From Carcharhinus longimanus (Eukaryota): a DNA stretch of 59,898 bases. Under the pieces are notes generated by a model. The model made no database searches. It was not told the DNA's origin and saw only the letters and a program-made list of their open reading frames with translations. Positions within the stretch are counted from its first letter, which is position 1. Each line of letters begins with the position of its first letter. A program made the position numbers and the translations under genes. Positions 1 to 10,741 of this stretch are shown here, in pieces. The DNA lies in NCBI GenBank assembly GCA_030264375.1, contig JASCQW010000163.1, positions 6,040,871 through 6,100,768 on the forward strand, written 5' to 3'.

Positions 1-178
1 CAAAATGTGTGATTTCAAGAAGAAATTGGATAAGCTCTGGGAGCTAAAGGGATCAAGGGTTATGGGGGGAAGGGGGAATCAGGATATTGAATTTAATAAT
101 CAGCCATGATCAAAACGAATGGCAGAGCATGCTCGAAGGGCCAAATGGCCCACTCTGCTTCTATTTTCTATGTTTCTA
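1..178 (+). mobile_element. CR1-type LINE 3' end
   Basis: gggatcaagggttatgggg...agggccaaatggcccactctgcttctattttctatgtttcta tail; similar ends at ~20985-21127 (+), ~22460-22715 (-), ~24898-24968 (-). Confidence 0.75.
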
Positions 179-249
179 TACAGTCCTTACTGGCTTTAGA
201 TGCTGCCAACTTCTGAATAATGACTATCGATGTGCTTTTCTTTCCAAAG

Positions 250-454
250 GCTAAGGATGAATTGAATGAGACAGAGGAGAAACGAGAGCTGTGTGTGAAA
301 GAGCTTCAAAAACTTATTGTTGAATCGGCTGACACTGGAGAGGAGTTCTGCAAGACTGTGCTTGAAAAGACAAAGGATAAGGATGATTCCTTCTTCCTGC
401 GATTTGTTAGAGCAAGAAAGTATGATGTGAAAAGAGCTTACGATCTTCTCAAAG
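250..454 (+). CDS. RLBP1: RLBP1 (cellular retinaldehyde-binding protein) internal coding exon, CRAL-TRIO N-terminal domain
   Basis: tttccaaAG acceptor; encodes AKDELNETEEKRELCVKELQ...DDSFFLRFVRARKYDVKRAYDLLK(G); GTGAG donor at 455; 205 bp, matching the human exon as I recall it. Confidence 0.96.
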
Positions 455-2270
455 GTGAGGGATGAAACTGGGTTGATGAAGAGAAGTTGGAGGTGTCGGG
501 ATCCGGCTCATTAACACATTTTAGAGATACTTCCCAATGTTGATTTACATTGACCAATTCTCTGCCCAATGGTATCTGATGTTATTGTAGTGCAGGATTT
601 CACAACAAGGAAGCCTTGAATCATAACAGTGATTTACTGAACGATAGTTAAAACCGTATAAGAACAAACTCAATACAGATACATGTCTAGTCCCAGCGAT
701 TCCGAGGCTTGCATTGCAAGCTCTACCTACCATGACCTGTGCCCTGATACCCAGTACGCTCAGGTTCGCACACTTCTTTCCTATAGGCCCTCAGACCCAC
801 AAACTGTTGCCCTTCAAAAGGGCCACACTTTCACTGAAGTGAATTGCTTTATCTTCACTGGTCCGTTTCCACTCCACTATAAACGGATGGTCAACTTGTT
901 CCTGTTGAGGTTGAACATCAAAGAACAAAGAACAACACAGCACAGGAAACAGGCCCTTTGGCCCTACAAGCCCGCGCCGCCCATTTTAACATTCANNNNN
1001 NNNNNNNNNNNNNNNNNNNNNNNNNNNNNNNNNNNNNNNNNNNNNNNNNNNNNNNNNNNNNNNNNNNNNNNNNNNNNNNNNNNNNNNNNNNNNNNCACAG
1101 GAAACAGGCCCTTTGGCCCTACAAGCCCGCGCCGCCCATTTTAACATTCAGTGAGTGCCTCATTCCAATCCTTCTTCTGCTTCATCATTCAAGCTATTCC
1201 TGATTGGTGAAGTGCCCAGCCCCAATTTAGCCAACAGTTAAACTGCGCAACCAATGAAATGCAGGTTTAGTATTAAGTGGATATTGTGGCCAAGATTGTG
1301 TACGTGTCCCTGATTGGCCATCTCAAGCTATTTTCCCCAAGTTAGCTCCGAATATCCCTGGCACTAAGAGAGCTATGCATCTAAGGGCAAGATGGCAAAC
1401 TTTTGACACTATGCCAATAGTTCACTCAGATTTCTTTCCGGCTTTTTCCGCTCGGCATGGTTTGCTGAAATGGTATTTCGATTGTGAGTCTGGTCAGTAA
1501 GTACTGAAAGGCTGTTTGATTGCGAGTGGCAGGATCTGGACTTTATATCGTATAGAGACCACCCAGGCAGAGCCACCAATCCGGAGGAGGAACTTGGCTT
1601 CTGCATCTCTCTCCTTCAAGGACACTAGAGCAATTGTCCGTTCCTCTTCCTCATCCTGGCTAGCTCAGCAGACACACTGCAGGCTGGATCGCAGCCAGGA
1701 ATAGTTTTGGTTTCTGTGGAAGGTCCGAGCTTAAGTCTTGACCCTTCATTGAAACCTAAACAGCAGATGAGACGGCATTCAGCCACTAGAGGCTCAAAAG
1801 TTGCTCATTAAAGAGCAGACCAGTCTCTTACGTCTGCTGTGGAGTAATTACTCCTGATGAGACTCAGAGTTTCAGCATGGGAGAGTGGAGCTTTTCTGGA
1901 TTAATTAGTGCCCCCTCAGTCTGAACGTTCGTCTCACTGTTCACTAGACACAGGCAGACATTGTCCAATGATCAAACAAAGCAAAAAATAACAATACGAG
2001 GCGAGGAAGGGGGGAAAATGCAGAGACACAAACAAAAAAACAACACACAAACACGTCTTTTCAATAAGTGGGAGACCAAATAATTAAAACCAGATGATCT
2101 CCCATGGCATTGCCAGCCAATAATCTGTACTCAGGGAAGTGGTTCTGACAGTGAGCCTGAATTTCCATACACACGACCACTTTCCAGTACTGATTGTTCG
2201 ATCAGTCGAAGAATTATATACAATTTGCAGCCTAGAAATGAACCATTTTTGCCCAACTAGTCTATATACA

Positions 2271-2760
2271 GCACAGTGGCACAATGGTTAGCATTGCTCC
2301 CTCACAGCAACAAGAAACTAGGTTCAAATCCAGCCTTGGGTGACTATCTGTGTGGAGTCTGCACATTGTCCCCATGTCTACATGGGNNNNNNNNNNNNNN
2401 NNNNNNNNNNNNNNNNNNNNNNNNNNNNNNNNNNNNNNNNNNNNNNNNNNNNNNNNNNNNNNNNNNNNNNNNNNNNNNNNNNNNNNTCCTATTTGACAAC
2501 CAGTCCTCTATCCACGCTAACACCCTACCCCCAACTCCATGCCCCCTGACCTTCTGCAATAACAAATAACTCTGCATGCTCCAGTTTCCTCTCGCATTTC
2601 AAAGCTGTGTGGTTTAACTTGACTGGCCATGCTAAATTGTCCCCTAGTGTCAGGAGGATATGGTAGGCTAAATATGTGAGATGAGGGCCTGGGTAGGATT
2701 GTTATTGGTGCAGGCCTGATGGGCCAAAAGGCCTCCTTCTGCATTGCAGGGATTCTGTGC
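2271..2760 (+). mobile_element. HE1-like tRNA-derived V-SINE interrupted by a gap and an antisense CR1 RT fragment (~2487-2566)
   Basis: A/B-box head, tgtggagtctgcacatt core, CR1-like tail; the insert encodes LLQKVRGHGVGGRVLAWIEDWLSNR on minus. Confidence 0.8.
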
Positions 2761-3199
2761 TGTATTCATGCCCCACATGAAACCTCCACTCACACTACTT
2801 CATCTCACCTTGCATTTTTCCGTGACGTAGCTTTTCCTTAACTGCATCCCTGCTATTTGTCTCATTTTAATATTCTCACCACTCTCTGAGTAAAGATGTT
2901 CCTCCTGAGTTCCTTCTTGGATTTATTAGCGACTGCCATATGAGAAAATGCAAAAAAAACCCCAATTATCCTAATCTGAGAAGTGTACTGACACCACAAT
3001 AAAAGCCCTCTCACCTAACAATAACCCTAACCCTAACTGGAAGAAAAGGGGACATGTCCTCTCTCTGTCTAACCCCAAAAACATAACTGGGATAGAGAGA
3101 ACTATCAGTAATTATGTTTCCAAATGATGAACATTGCTGTGTTGAAGTCCTGACCCCAGGCAAAGACGTTGATTAATTCCAGTTTGTTCTCTCCTCTAG

Positions 3200-3378
3200 G
3201 TTATGTCCGTTTTCGGGAGCAGTACCCTGAGCTCTTTGAAAACCTGACACCTGAGGCCGTACGCAGCACTATTGAGGCAGGTTACCCAGGCATTCTCCAA
3301 AACCGAGACAAGTATGGTCGCGTTGTATTACTCTTTAACATTGAGAACTGGGATTACGAAGAAATTACTTTTGATGAG
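3200..3378 (+). CDS. RLBP1: RLBP1 coding exon
   Basis: ctcctctAG acceptor; (G)[59 protein letters not shown]; GTAAC donor; 179 bp, phase-compatible with the previous exon. Confidence 0.97.
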
Positions 3379-3592
3379 GTAACAGAGCCTGTCTTCAATA
3401 ACATTCAGCATTTTCCAAAAACAAGACTGTGTGTTTGTTCTTCTAATTATTTCTTCTCCTCAGTTGAATTGGCTTAGAAAATCCATGGACACCCACCCAG
3501 AGGGATAATCTACAACTTGCAAATCATCAAAACCACCTGACTTCCCTTTCCTTTGACATCAATGGCTGATGAAAATCAGACATTGTCTACAA

Positions 3593-3957
3593 TGGGAGGT
3601 GATGGCCCAGTGGTATTATTGCTGGACTATTAATCCAGAAACTCTGCTACTGTTCTGGGGACCCGGGTTCGAATCCCACCACAGCAGATGGTGGAATTTG
3701 AATTCGATTAAAAAATATCTGGAACTAAGAATCTACCGATGACCGTGAAACCATTGCCGATTGTTGGAAAAACCCATCTGGTTCCCTAATGTCCTTTATG
3801 GAAGGAAATCTACCGTCTTTACCTGGTCTGGCCTACATGTGACTCCAGAACCATAACAATATGGTTGACTCTCAGCTGTCCTCCAAGGCAACTAGGGATG
3901 GGCACTAAATGCTGGCCAGCCAGCAATGCCCATGTCCCATGAATGAATAAAAAAAAG
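3593..3957 (+). mobile_element. Second tRNA-derived SINE family (tail agggatgggca..aaatgctggcc...cccatgaatgaat)
   Basis: tggcccagtggta A box, ggttcgaatccc B box; homologous copies at 10742-11300 and 13932-14282. Confidence 0.8.
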
Positions 3958-4168
3958 TGGGAGCTTGACCTTCAATGCCAGTTTTATACAGTTGGAACTG
4001 GTCCCCACGGCTTTATGGCCTGATAGAGGGTGCCCTGAATGTTGGCAAATCAGTGAACTGATACCTGGCACTTGAAAGTCTTCCAGGATCAGCCCCAGGA
4101 TTGTTCTGCTGCTAGAGCACTGGAGCACCATCCCAGCATCTCCTATTGAAGTCGCTTTAACCCTGACT

Positions 4169-4477
4169 ATCATAGAATCATAGCATCACTACAGTGCAGA
4201 AGGAGGCCATTTGGCCCATCAAGACTGCACTAATCACAATCCCATACAGCCCTATCCCCTAACCCCATGTACTTACACTGCTAATCAACCATGACACCAA
4301 GGGGCAATTTATCTTAGCCAATCAATGTAACCCGCACATCTTTAGAGTGTGGGAGGAAACTGGAGCACCTGGAGGAAACCCATACAGACATGGGAAGAAT
4401 CTGCAGACTCCACACAGAGTTGAACCTGGGTCCCTGGAGCTGTGAGGCAGCAGTGCTAACCACTGTGCCGCTGTGCC
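4169..4477 (-). mobile_element. HE1-like V-SINE
   Basis: Reverse complement of the SINE at 5255-5564. Confidence 0.85.
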
Positions 4478-4820
4478 TTATCCCCTGGATTTATAGTGAT
4501 TTCAACAAACATGGCTGCTATTACACGGGATTCTTGATTTGGATATCACACTCTGTGATTCTTCTCATGAGAGCTTGCAGTAATCTCGACGGTGACCATG
4601 AATGGAGCATTGTGCCCTTCCCCTCTGCACTGATCATCTCAGTTCCCCGGTTTGCATGGAGAAGATTTGCAGGTGCAATCAACTGGGGCAGTTCCCCTAA
4701 TGACTGAAAGAGGCATGGGTAAAATGTCGTGACGTAACTCCTTCTTATCTGTTCCATGCTGGGAAAAGAGCCTGTCACCAATAACTTCGGCTCAAACAAC
4801 CAACTGAGTGTCTGCAGTCA

Positions 4821-5031
4821 CAGTAAAAAGTCTGACAACACCAGGTTTAAGTCCAACCGATTTATTTGATAGTACACTCACTAGCTTCACTTACGTCAGG
4901 TGAATTACCTGACGAAGGGACTAACCCGAAAGCTTGTGCGTTTACTATCAAGTAAATCGGTTGGACTTAAACCTGGTATTGTCAGACTTTTTACTGTGTT
5001 TACCCCAGTCTAACGCCGGCATATCCACATC
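4821..5031. mobile_element. Fold-back Penelope-like non-autonomous insertion with hammerhead motif
   Basis: Long inverted repeat 4819-4998; perfect 13-bp flanking duplication GTGTCTGCAGTCA at 4808-4820 and 5032-5044. Confidence 0.8.
4906..4938 (+). ncRNA. Minimal type I hammerhead ribozyme motif (Penelope type)
   Basis: tac-CTGACGA-a-GGG actaa CCC-GAAA-GCTT-gtg: core boxes, stem II, palindromic AGCT stem III, short stem I. Confidence 0.65.
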
Positions 5032-5254
5032 GTGTCTGCAGTCAGACATGAATGGTTTATAGAATGGGTATTTTGAAGGGTTGAATGTTGGAACTCTGGA
5101 ATCATCGTGCTTGGGAGATCTGATGACACAAAAGCTTTTGGGAGGCCTTTTAACACATTCAGTAAATCATTTTGTATATTAGTTCAAATGAATTCTGCTG
5201 ATTCCGGGTTACTGTTCTTACTGTTAGTGACAAAGTTCTTCTTTCTTTCAACAG

Positions 5255-5564
5255 TGGGGGTGGCACGGTGGTTAGCACTGCTGCCTCACAGCACCAGTAA
5301 CCTGGGTTCAATTCCGGCCTTAGGTCACTGTTTGTGTGGAGTTTGCACATTCTCCCCATGTCTACGTGGGTTTCTTTCGGGTGCTCCGATTTCCTCCCAC
5401 ACTCCAAAGCTGTGCGGGTTAGGTTGATTGGCTGTGCTAAATTGCCAATAGTGTCAGGGGATCATTAGGGTAAATATGTGAGGTTACGAGGATAGGGTAG
5501 GATTGTGGTCGGTGCAGACTCGATGGGCCAAATGGCCTCCTTCTGCATTGTAGAAATTCTATGA
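5255..5564 (+). mobile_element. HE1-like V-SINE
   Basis: ggtggttagcactgctgcctcacagc...gggttcaattcc...gcagactcgatgggccaaatggcctccttctgcattgtag...ttctatg. Confidence 0.85.
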
Positions 5565-7069
5565 AAAGGTCTTGCAGGTTGGTGCCTTTGTCTTTTGCGA
5601 TGAAACCAAAATTCTATCACTGTTCTCTTTAATACTGAACATTTTTAGAATGATTAATTTTCTGTCTATTTTTCTCACCGTACAATTGATTACAGCCAGT
5701 TACCCCAATCAGGAGTTATATCCAGAGACAAGACAGGTCAGGCACTGCAGAGATAAATGATAATTTTCCAGTGACACTAGTCTCTGGAGTGGGTTTTGGA
5801 TTATGGAATGGGAGGGGACTCTGAAATAATGTTTGCTTTTGTGGGGTTTTGCTGGGGTGAATCTTTGTGGGAGACCAGAGGTATTTTGGGAGCCAGTATC
5901 AGAATCAAGCACCCACTCCACCGTAGGCATAGCATCTTTAACAATGCACTTCTGTTCAACCCCAATTGCAGGACGTTGCTTTTATATTGCAGTTTAGGCC
6001 CCTTCCCCATTCCAAACTGATTGGGATTGTCAGGCTTAATCCCAAAGCGACTGAATGCTGTGGATGGATTCTCACATCCCAAGCTTCAGCCTAATCCACT
6101 CAGGACATTCAAATCGCCAAAGGGTGGCCGATTCCTCCCCCCGGGACCAGACAGAGAGGCCAATTGTGACTCCCCTCTTTTCCAGCTGGTTGAGGTTGAC
6201 TAACGGACTTGCTATCGATACTTTGACCTTCCTGGCTTTGAACCCAAATGTTAGAAGTCTCTTTTTTCCTCTCCTTACAAATGCTGCCAGATCTGCTCAG
6301 ATTGTCCAGCATTTTCTCTTTTGGTGATACAAGTAAATGGCCTCCATATTTTAAGCCAACTGGACCTGTTCCCCAATGTTATAACTTAGGAGCTGAGCTG
6401 GTTTGCAGTGGAAGGGACGCTACAAAACAAAAATGTCACTGCCATTGTATCTAAGACCTCATTAATGTGTGCCTCGTTGCCATGTCATTTTGCCAGCAGC
6501 AGGAAAGATGGCAGACAGCCTGCCTACCCGGATCCCAATAGAACAAAAGGGCTTCCTTCTACTTCTGCTGGTATTTTACTATAACTTGATTATAGAGTGG
6601 GGGGGAGAGNNNNNNNNNNGGCAGGAGGAGGAGGAAGGTGGGCTCCTTTTCAGGCACTCTCTGGCTCACAGAGGGGTCCCTGCTGGCAGTAGCTGGTGCC
6701 ATCTGCCCCACTCTCAGCATCAGCGAGGCTGCCCTTAGCAACCCAGTCCTCCCTTCACAATACTAGCTGCAACCCACCTGACTCAGCTGGCACCACCAGA
6801 CCCTACTTTCCTGACTTTAAGGCTGCCATTCTTTAGGTGCAATCCTAACAGTGGCCACCAGTGGTGCTGCTGAGCTGCTGGTCCTGTTTAACAGAAAGGG
6901 CAGCCTTGGTAGCAGCCAGTTAATTGGTTACCCCCAAGTAAATGCCGCGCCGTTGGTCCCACTGCCTNNNNNNNNNNCCCCTCCCCACTTATGGCTGTGG
7001 TGGTGGGGCCACCAGGTAAAGTGGAGACATGACTCAGGTGATGATTGTAACAGCTCTCTTCATTGGTAG

Positions 7070-7228
7070 ATCCTTCGTGCTTATTGTGTGATTCTGGAGA
7101 AACTTCTAGAGAATGATGAGACGCAGATTAATGGATTTTGCATCGTTGAAAACTTTAAGGGATTTACAATGAATCAAGCTTCCGGCATCAAACCCTCAGA
7201 GCTCAAGAAAATGGTAGACATGCTTCAG
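7070..7228 (+). CDS. RLBP1: RLBP1 coding exon (CRAL-TRIO ligand pocket)
   Basis: Not in the ORF track; hand translation gives [53 protein letters not shown]; tggtAG acceptor, GTGAGT donor; 159 bp. Confidence 0.97.
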
Positions 7229-7679
7229 GTGAGTGTAGCTGGCCATTAACCAGTTGGAATGATCTTGAGACATGTGTGTCAAAGCAGAACAGATGCGAGG
7301 GGCTAAATGGCCCATACCTGTTTCTGTCTTCCTTAGACCATAAAACACTGGAGCAGAATTAGGCCATTTGACCCATCCAGTCCACTCCGCCACTTGAATC
7401 TATTTGCAACTACACTTCCTGTTATTCTCCCTCTCTATCCTCATTGTTCTGTGGGCCAACTTAATTTCTCCCCATTTCACTGGCTCTGCATTGTTCCCCA
7501 CAAGCTGTGTGATTTCTACCAGTGCTGCCCCTAATTTGCCACTAGGAAGAACTTGCTCTCAAGGCTGATGATTCTCCTTCCCTCCTCCTCTTCCTCGGGG
7601 AGTCCCAGACTTCCAATCATCATCTCCCCAGAGCAGCTGAGCTGAAATTGTAGACTGGGTGGGGAGACAACCAAAATGT

Positions 7680-8022
7680 CTGTGGCACAGTGGCTAGCAC
7701 TGCCTCACAGTGCCAGGGACCCGTGTTCAATTCCAGCCTTGGGATGTCTAAGTGGAGTTTGCACATTCTCCCCGTGTCTGGGAGGGTTTTGTTTGGGTGC
7801 TCCGGTTTCCTCTCACAGTCCCAAAATGTGCAGGTTAGGTGGATTGACCATGGTAAATTGCCCCTTGTATCCCAAAATGTGTAGGTTAGTGGGTTAAATG
7901 CGTAGGGTTAAAGTAATGGAGCAGGGGGTATGGGGGGTGGGCCTGGTTATGATGTTCTGCCGGAGAATCAGTGCAAACCCGATGGGCCGAATGTCCTCCC
8001 TCTGCATTGTAGGAATTCTATA
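7680..8022 (+). mobile_element. HE1-like V-SINE
   Basis: Same head, core and CR1-like tail as the other copies. Confidence 0.85.
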
Positions 8023-8245
8023 ATCAGACCCCATTTGACAAACAGGCTTCAGTGGGGCTGGACTCAAGAACTCAAATCAGCAGGGATCAAAAGATTTCAA
8101 AGGGTCTAAACACTGGGCACTAAACATTGGGATATTGCCTTGGTGTTGTCCTACACTTATCTAGCAAACATATCCAAAGACATCAACACAAATATAGCAA
8201 GGAAAGTATAATTGTCTCATGTCTGTTCTGTTTCTGAATGTTCAG

Positions 8246-8356
8246 GATTCCTTCCCTGCTCGGTTTAAAGCTGTATACTTCATTCATCAGCCTTGGTATT
8301 TCACCACAACCTACAACATTGTCAAGCCTTTCTTAAAGAACAAGCTGCTGGAGAGG
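8246..8356 (+). CDS. RLBP1: RLBP1 coding exon
   Basis: ttcAG acceptor; [37 protein letters not shown]; GTTAGT donor; 111 bp. Confidence 0.97.
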
Positions 8357-8645
8357 GTTAGTGAAATCAGAGGACATTGACTGTACCTTTAAGCATCTTT
8401 CTAATCTGTTGCCTTCAAGTCCTATTAAGAATTGCTCCATAATGTTCTGTTCAAAAACTCCAAATAAGTTCTGAAATTCTTTCCAGTCTCAGGAGATCAA
8501 AGCTAGGTTTGGAGAATAAATTACTCAGGAATGGTGTTGAAGTAGGCAATATAAATTGGCTCAAGAGTTCCAGGAAGGAAAAAGGGACTGATAGAGATGA
8601 TGGGAACCAAGCTGGACAACTCTTAGCAAATATATCAAATTCATA

Positions 8646-8871
8646 ATAAAAGCAACAAACTGTGGAAGCTGGAAATCTGAAATAAAAACAGAAAATGCTG
8701 GATAGATTCAGCAGGTCTGGCAGCATCTGTGCAAGGATGAAGTGGGTTAACTTTGTGTCCATGTGACCCTCCTACACCTATATGAGCCATATTGAACTTG
8801 AAACATTAACTCTGTTTCTCTCTCCACAGATGCTGCCAGACCTGCTGAGTTTATCTAACATTTTCTCTTTT
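8646..8871. mobile_element. Fold-back element of a second, probably Penelope-derived family
   Basis: Arms aaaatgctggatagattcagcaggtctggcagcatctgtg / cacagatgctgccagacctgctgagtttatctaacatttt; 13-bp duplication TATCAAAT(T/C)CATA at 8633-8645 and 8872-8884; related single arm at ~6270-6325. Confidence 0.7.
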
Positions 8872-9282
8872 TATCAAATCCATACCCATGTTTCAGAAAG
8901 CAACTATAACTTTCAAATAAAAATTTTCCGATAAACATTAAAAAACACAAAATAAGATCAATAAATTTAATCACGCTACTTGGAAATTTTTTTTTAAATT
9001 CTATTCAAGCATGTATAGTGGGTATTAGCAATTTAAATTACAGAGTGGGAAAATGGCAGATGCAAAAACTATTCAGAATCCATTTGTACGATTTATGGGT
9101 TTTATAATCAGAGTAATCTAATCTGTAAAATAACAGCAATTGAGATTATGGCAAATTTAACACTTTCACTATTGCCACTTAAGAGGTATTGCAGATTGTG
9201 TCATCGATTGAACATGTGCCCTACATACCTAATATACAATCGCTTATCCTTTCAATTATCGATTAAATTATTCATTTGATTG

Positions 9283-9999
9283 GGGTTGGCACGGTGGCAC
9301 AGTGGTTAGCTCTGCTGCCTCATAGCGCCAGGGACCCGGGTTCAATTCCAGCCTTGGGAGACTGTCTGTGTGGAGTCTGCACATTCTCCCCGTGTCTGCA
9401 CGGATTTTATCCAGGTGCTCCAGTTCCCTCCCACATTGATCGTGGGAGAGAAATGGAACACCTGGATGTGCAGGTTAGGGTGCAATGACCATATTAAATT
9501 GCCCCTTAAACATAGAAACATAGAAAAACTACAGCACAAACAGGCCCTTTGGCCCACAACTCGTGCCAAACATGTCCCTACCTACTTGGCATACCTATAC
9601 CCCTCCATCTTACTAAGTTCCATGTACTTATCCAAAAGTGCTCTTAAAAGACCCTATCGAATCCGTCTCCACCACCACCGATGGCAGCCGATTCCACACA
9701 CCCACCATCCACTGAGTGACATCTAGTCTGTACCTCCTCCCCAACACCCTAAACCTGTGTCCTCATGTGGCAACCATTTCAGCCCTGGGAAAAAGCCTCT
9801 GAGAATCCACTTGAACAATACCTCTCATCATCTTACACACCTCTATCAGGTCACCCCTCATCCTTTGTCTCTCCAAGGAGAGTCCCTAGTGTCCCTAGAT
9901 GTGTAGGTTAAGGGGATTAGTGGAGTAGATACACCAGGTTATGGGGATATTGTTGATTGGGCTGAATGGCCTCTCTGCTGCACGGTAGGGATTCTATGA
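9283..9999 (+). mobile_element. HE1-like V-SINE with a nested antisense CR1 3' fragment (~9511-9880)
   Basis: SINE breaks at aaattgcccctta and resumes at ccctagtgtcc; the insert begins with (catagaaa)2, a reversed CR1 tail. Confidence 0.8.
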
Positions 10000-10093
10000 T
10001 AATTTACCCTTTAGCGGTGATTTTATTTACTGCAATCTTTTGCCCAATTGGATAACTCAGGACATGGAATAAACACAAACTGTTCCTTCACAG

Positions 10094-10252
10094 GTTTATG
10101 TCTATGGCGAGGAGCTGGAAGACTTTTTCAAGGAGATTGATGCTGACATTCTCCCTGAAGATTTCGGGGGTAACCAGCCCCGGTACAACGGCAAAATGAT
10201 TGCTGAGAAAATCCTTGGTCCGAGCGTTGAGTCAGAAGATACTGCCCTTTAG
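10094..10252 (+). CDS. RLBP1: RLBP1 last coding exon including stop
   Basis: ttcacAG acceptor; VYVYGEELEDFFKEIDADILPEDFGGNQPRYNGKMIAEKILGPSVESEDTAL then TAG at 10250-10252. Confidence 0.96.
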   Translation, partial: VYVYGEELEDFFKEIDADILPEDFGGNQPRYNGKMIAEKILGPSVESEDTAL

Positions 10253-10464
10253 TTACTCAAAAGCGGTGTCGAAGAAAGCCTCAGATAGTGAGGGTACAGG
10301 GCCAGTTATTACACTCAAGGCTTTTTTTTAAGAAAGGAATTGTCTACTTATTGCACAAGCTGAATTTTTCAGAATTCACTCCGTTTCCTGTACGTAACTG
10401 GTGTTTCCATGGCAGGCCCAAGTTGCAATTAATCTATTGCCTGTTGTTGAAATGTGAAATTAGC

Positions 10465-10519
10465 AATAAAGAGATTTTTTATGAGAAGCAAAATGCAGCT
10501 CCAGCAGTATTTTAATAAA
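10465..10519 (+). terminator. Candidate RLBP1 polyadenylation signals
   Basis: AATAAA at 10465-10470 and 10514-10519, 210-270 nt after the stop and before repeats resume. Confidence 0.5.
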
Positions 10520-10741
10520 TGCAGATAGGTTTGCATTTACATCTACATCGCCTGACCACATCTCTCAGAACCACTTCCCTCAGTATGCCCAAATAGGTGC
10601 CAGAGCGACTAGGAGATTTTCACTGTAACTTCATTGCAGTGTTAATGTAAACCTGCTTATGACAATAAACTTAAGCAATTGGTGAAATGGATATTAGGCG
10701 AAGTCAAACTGAGAGGAAATACTGGGTGATGGTCTAGTGCA

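Noticed and set aside
683-935. ORF with NCFIFTG..HY, faintly like a Penelope RT motif
   Set aside because: Too short and degenerate to support without a profile search
941-1150. Identical 55-bp sequence on both sides of a 100-N gap
   Set aside because: Typical unmerged contig overlap, so probably an assembly artefact and not a real direct repeat
1853-1880. CTGATGA followed by a short hairpin, a possible hammerhead
   Set aside because: No GAAA box after the stem; the same holds for CTGATGA at ~38595 and ~55323
3022-3038. Telomere-like TAACCC repeat
   Set aside because: Only about two units; expected by chance
3593-3685. tRNA-like A and B boxes as a tRNA gene
   Set aside because: It is the head of a multi-copy SINE and no full cloverleaf is evident
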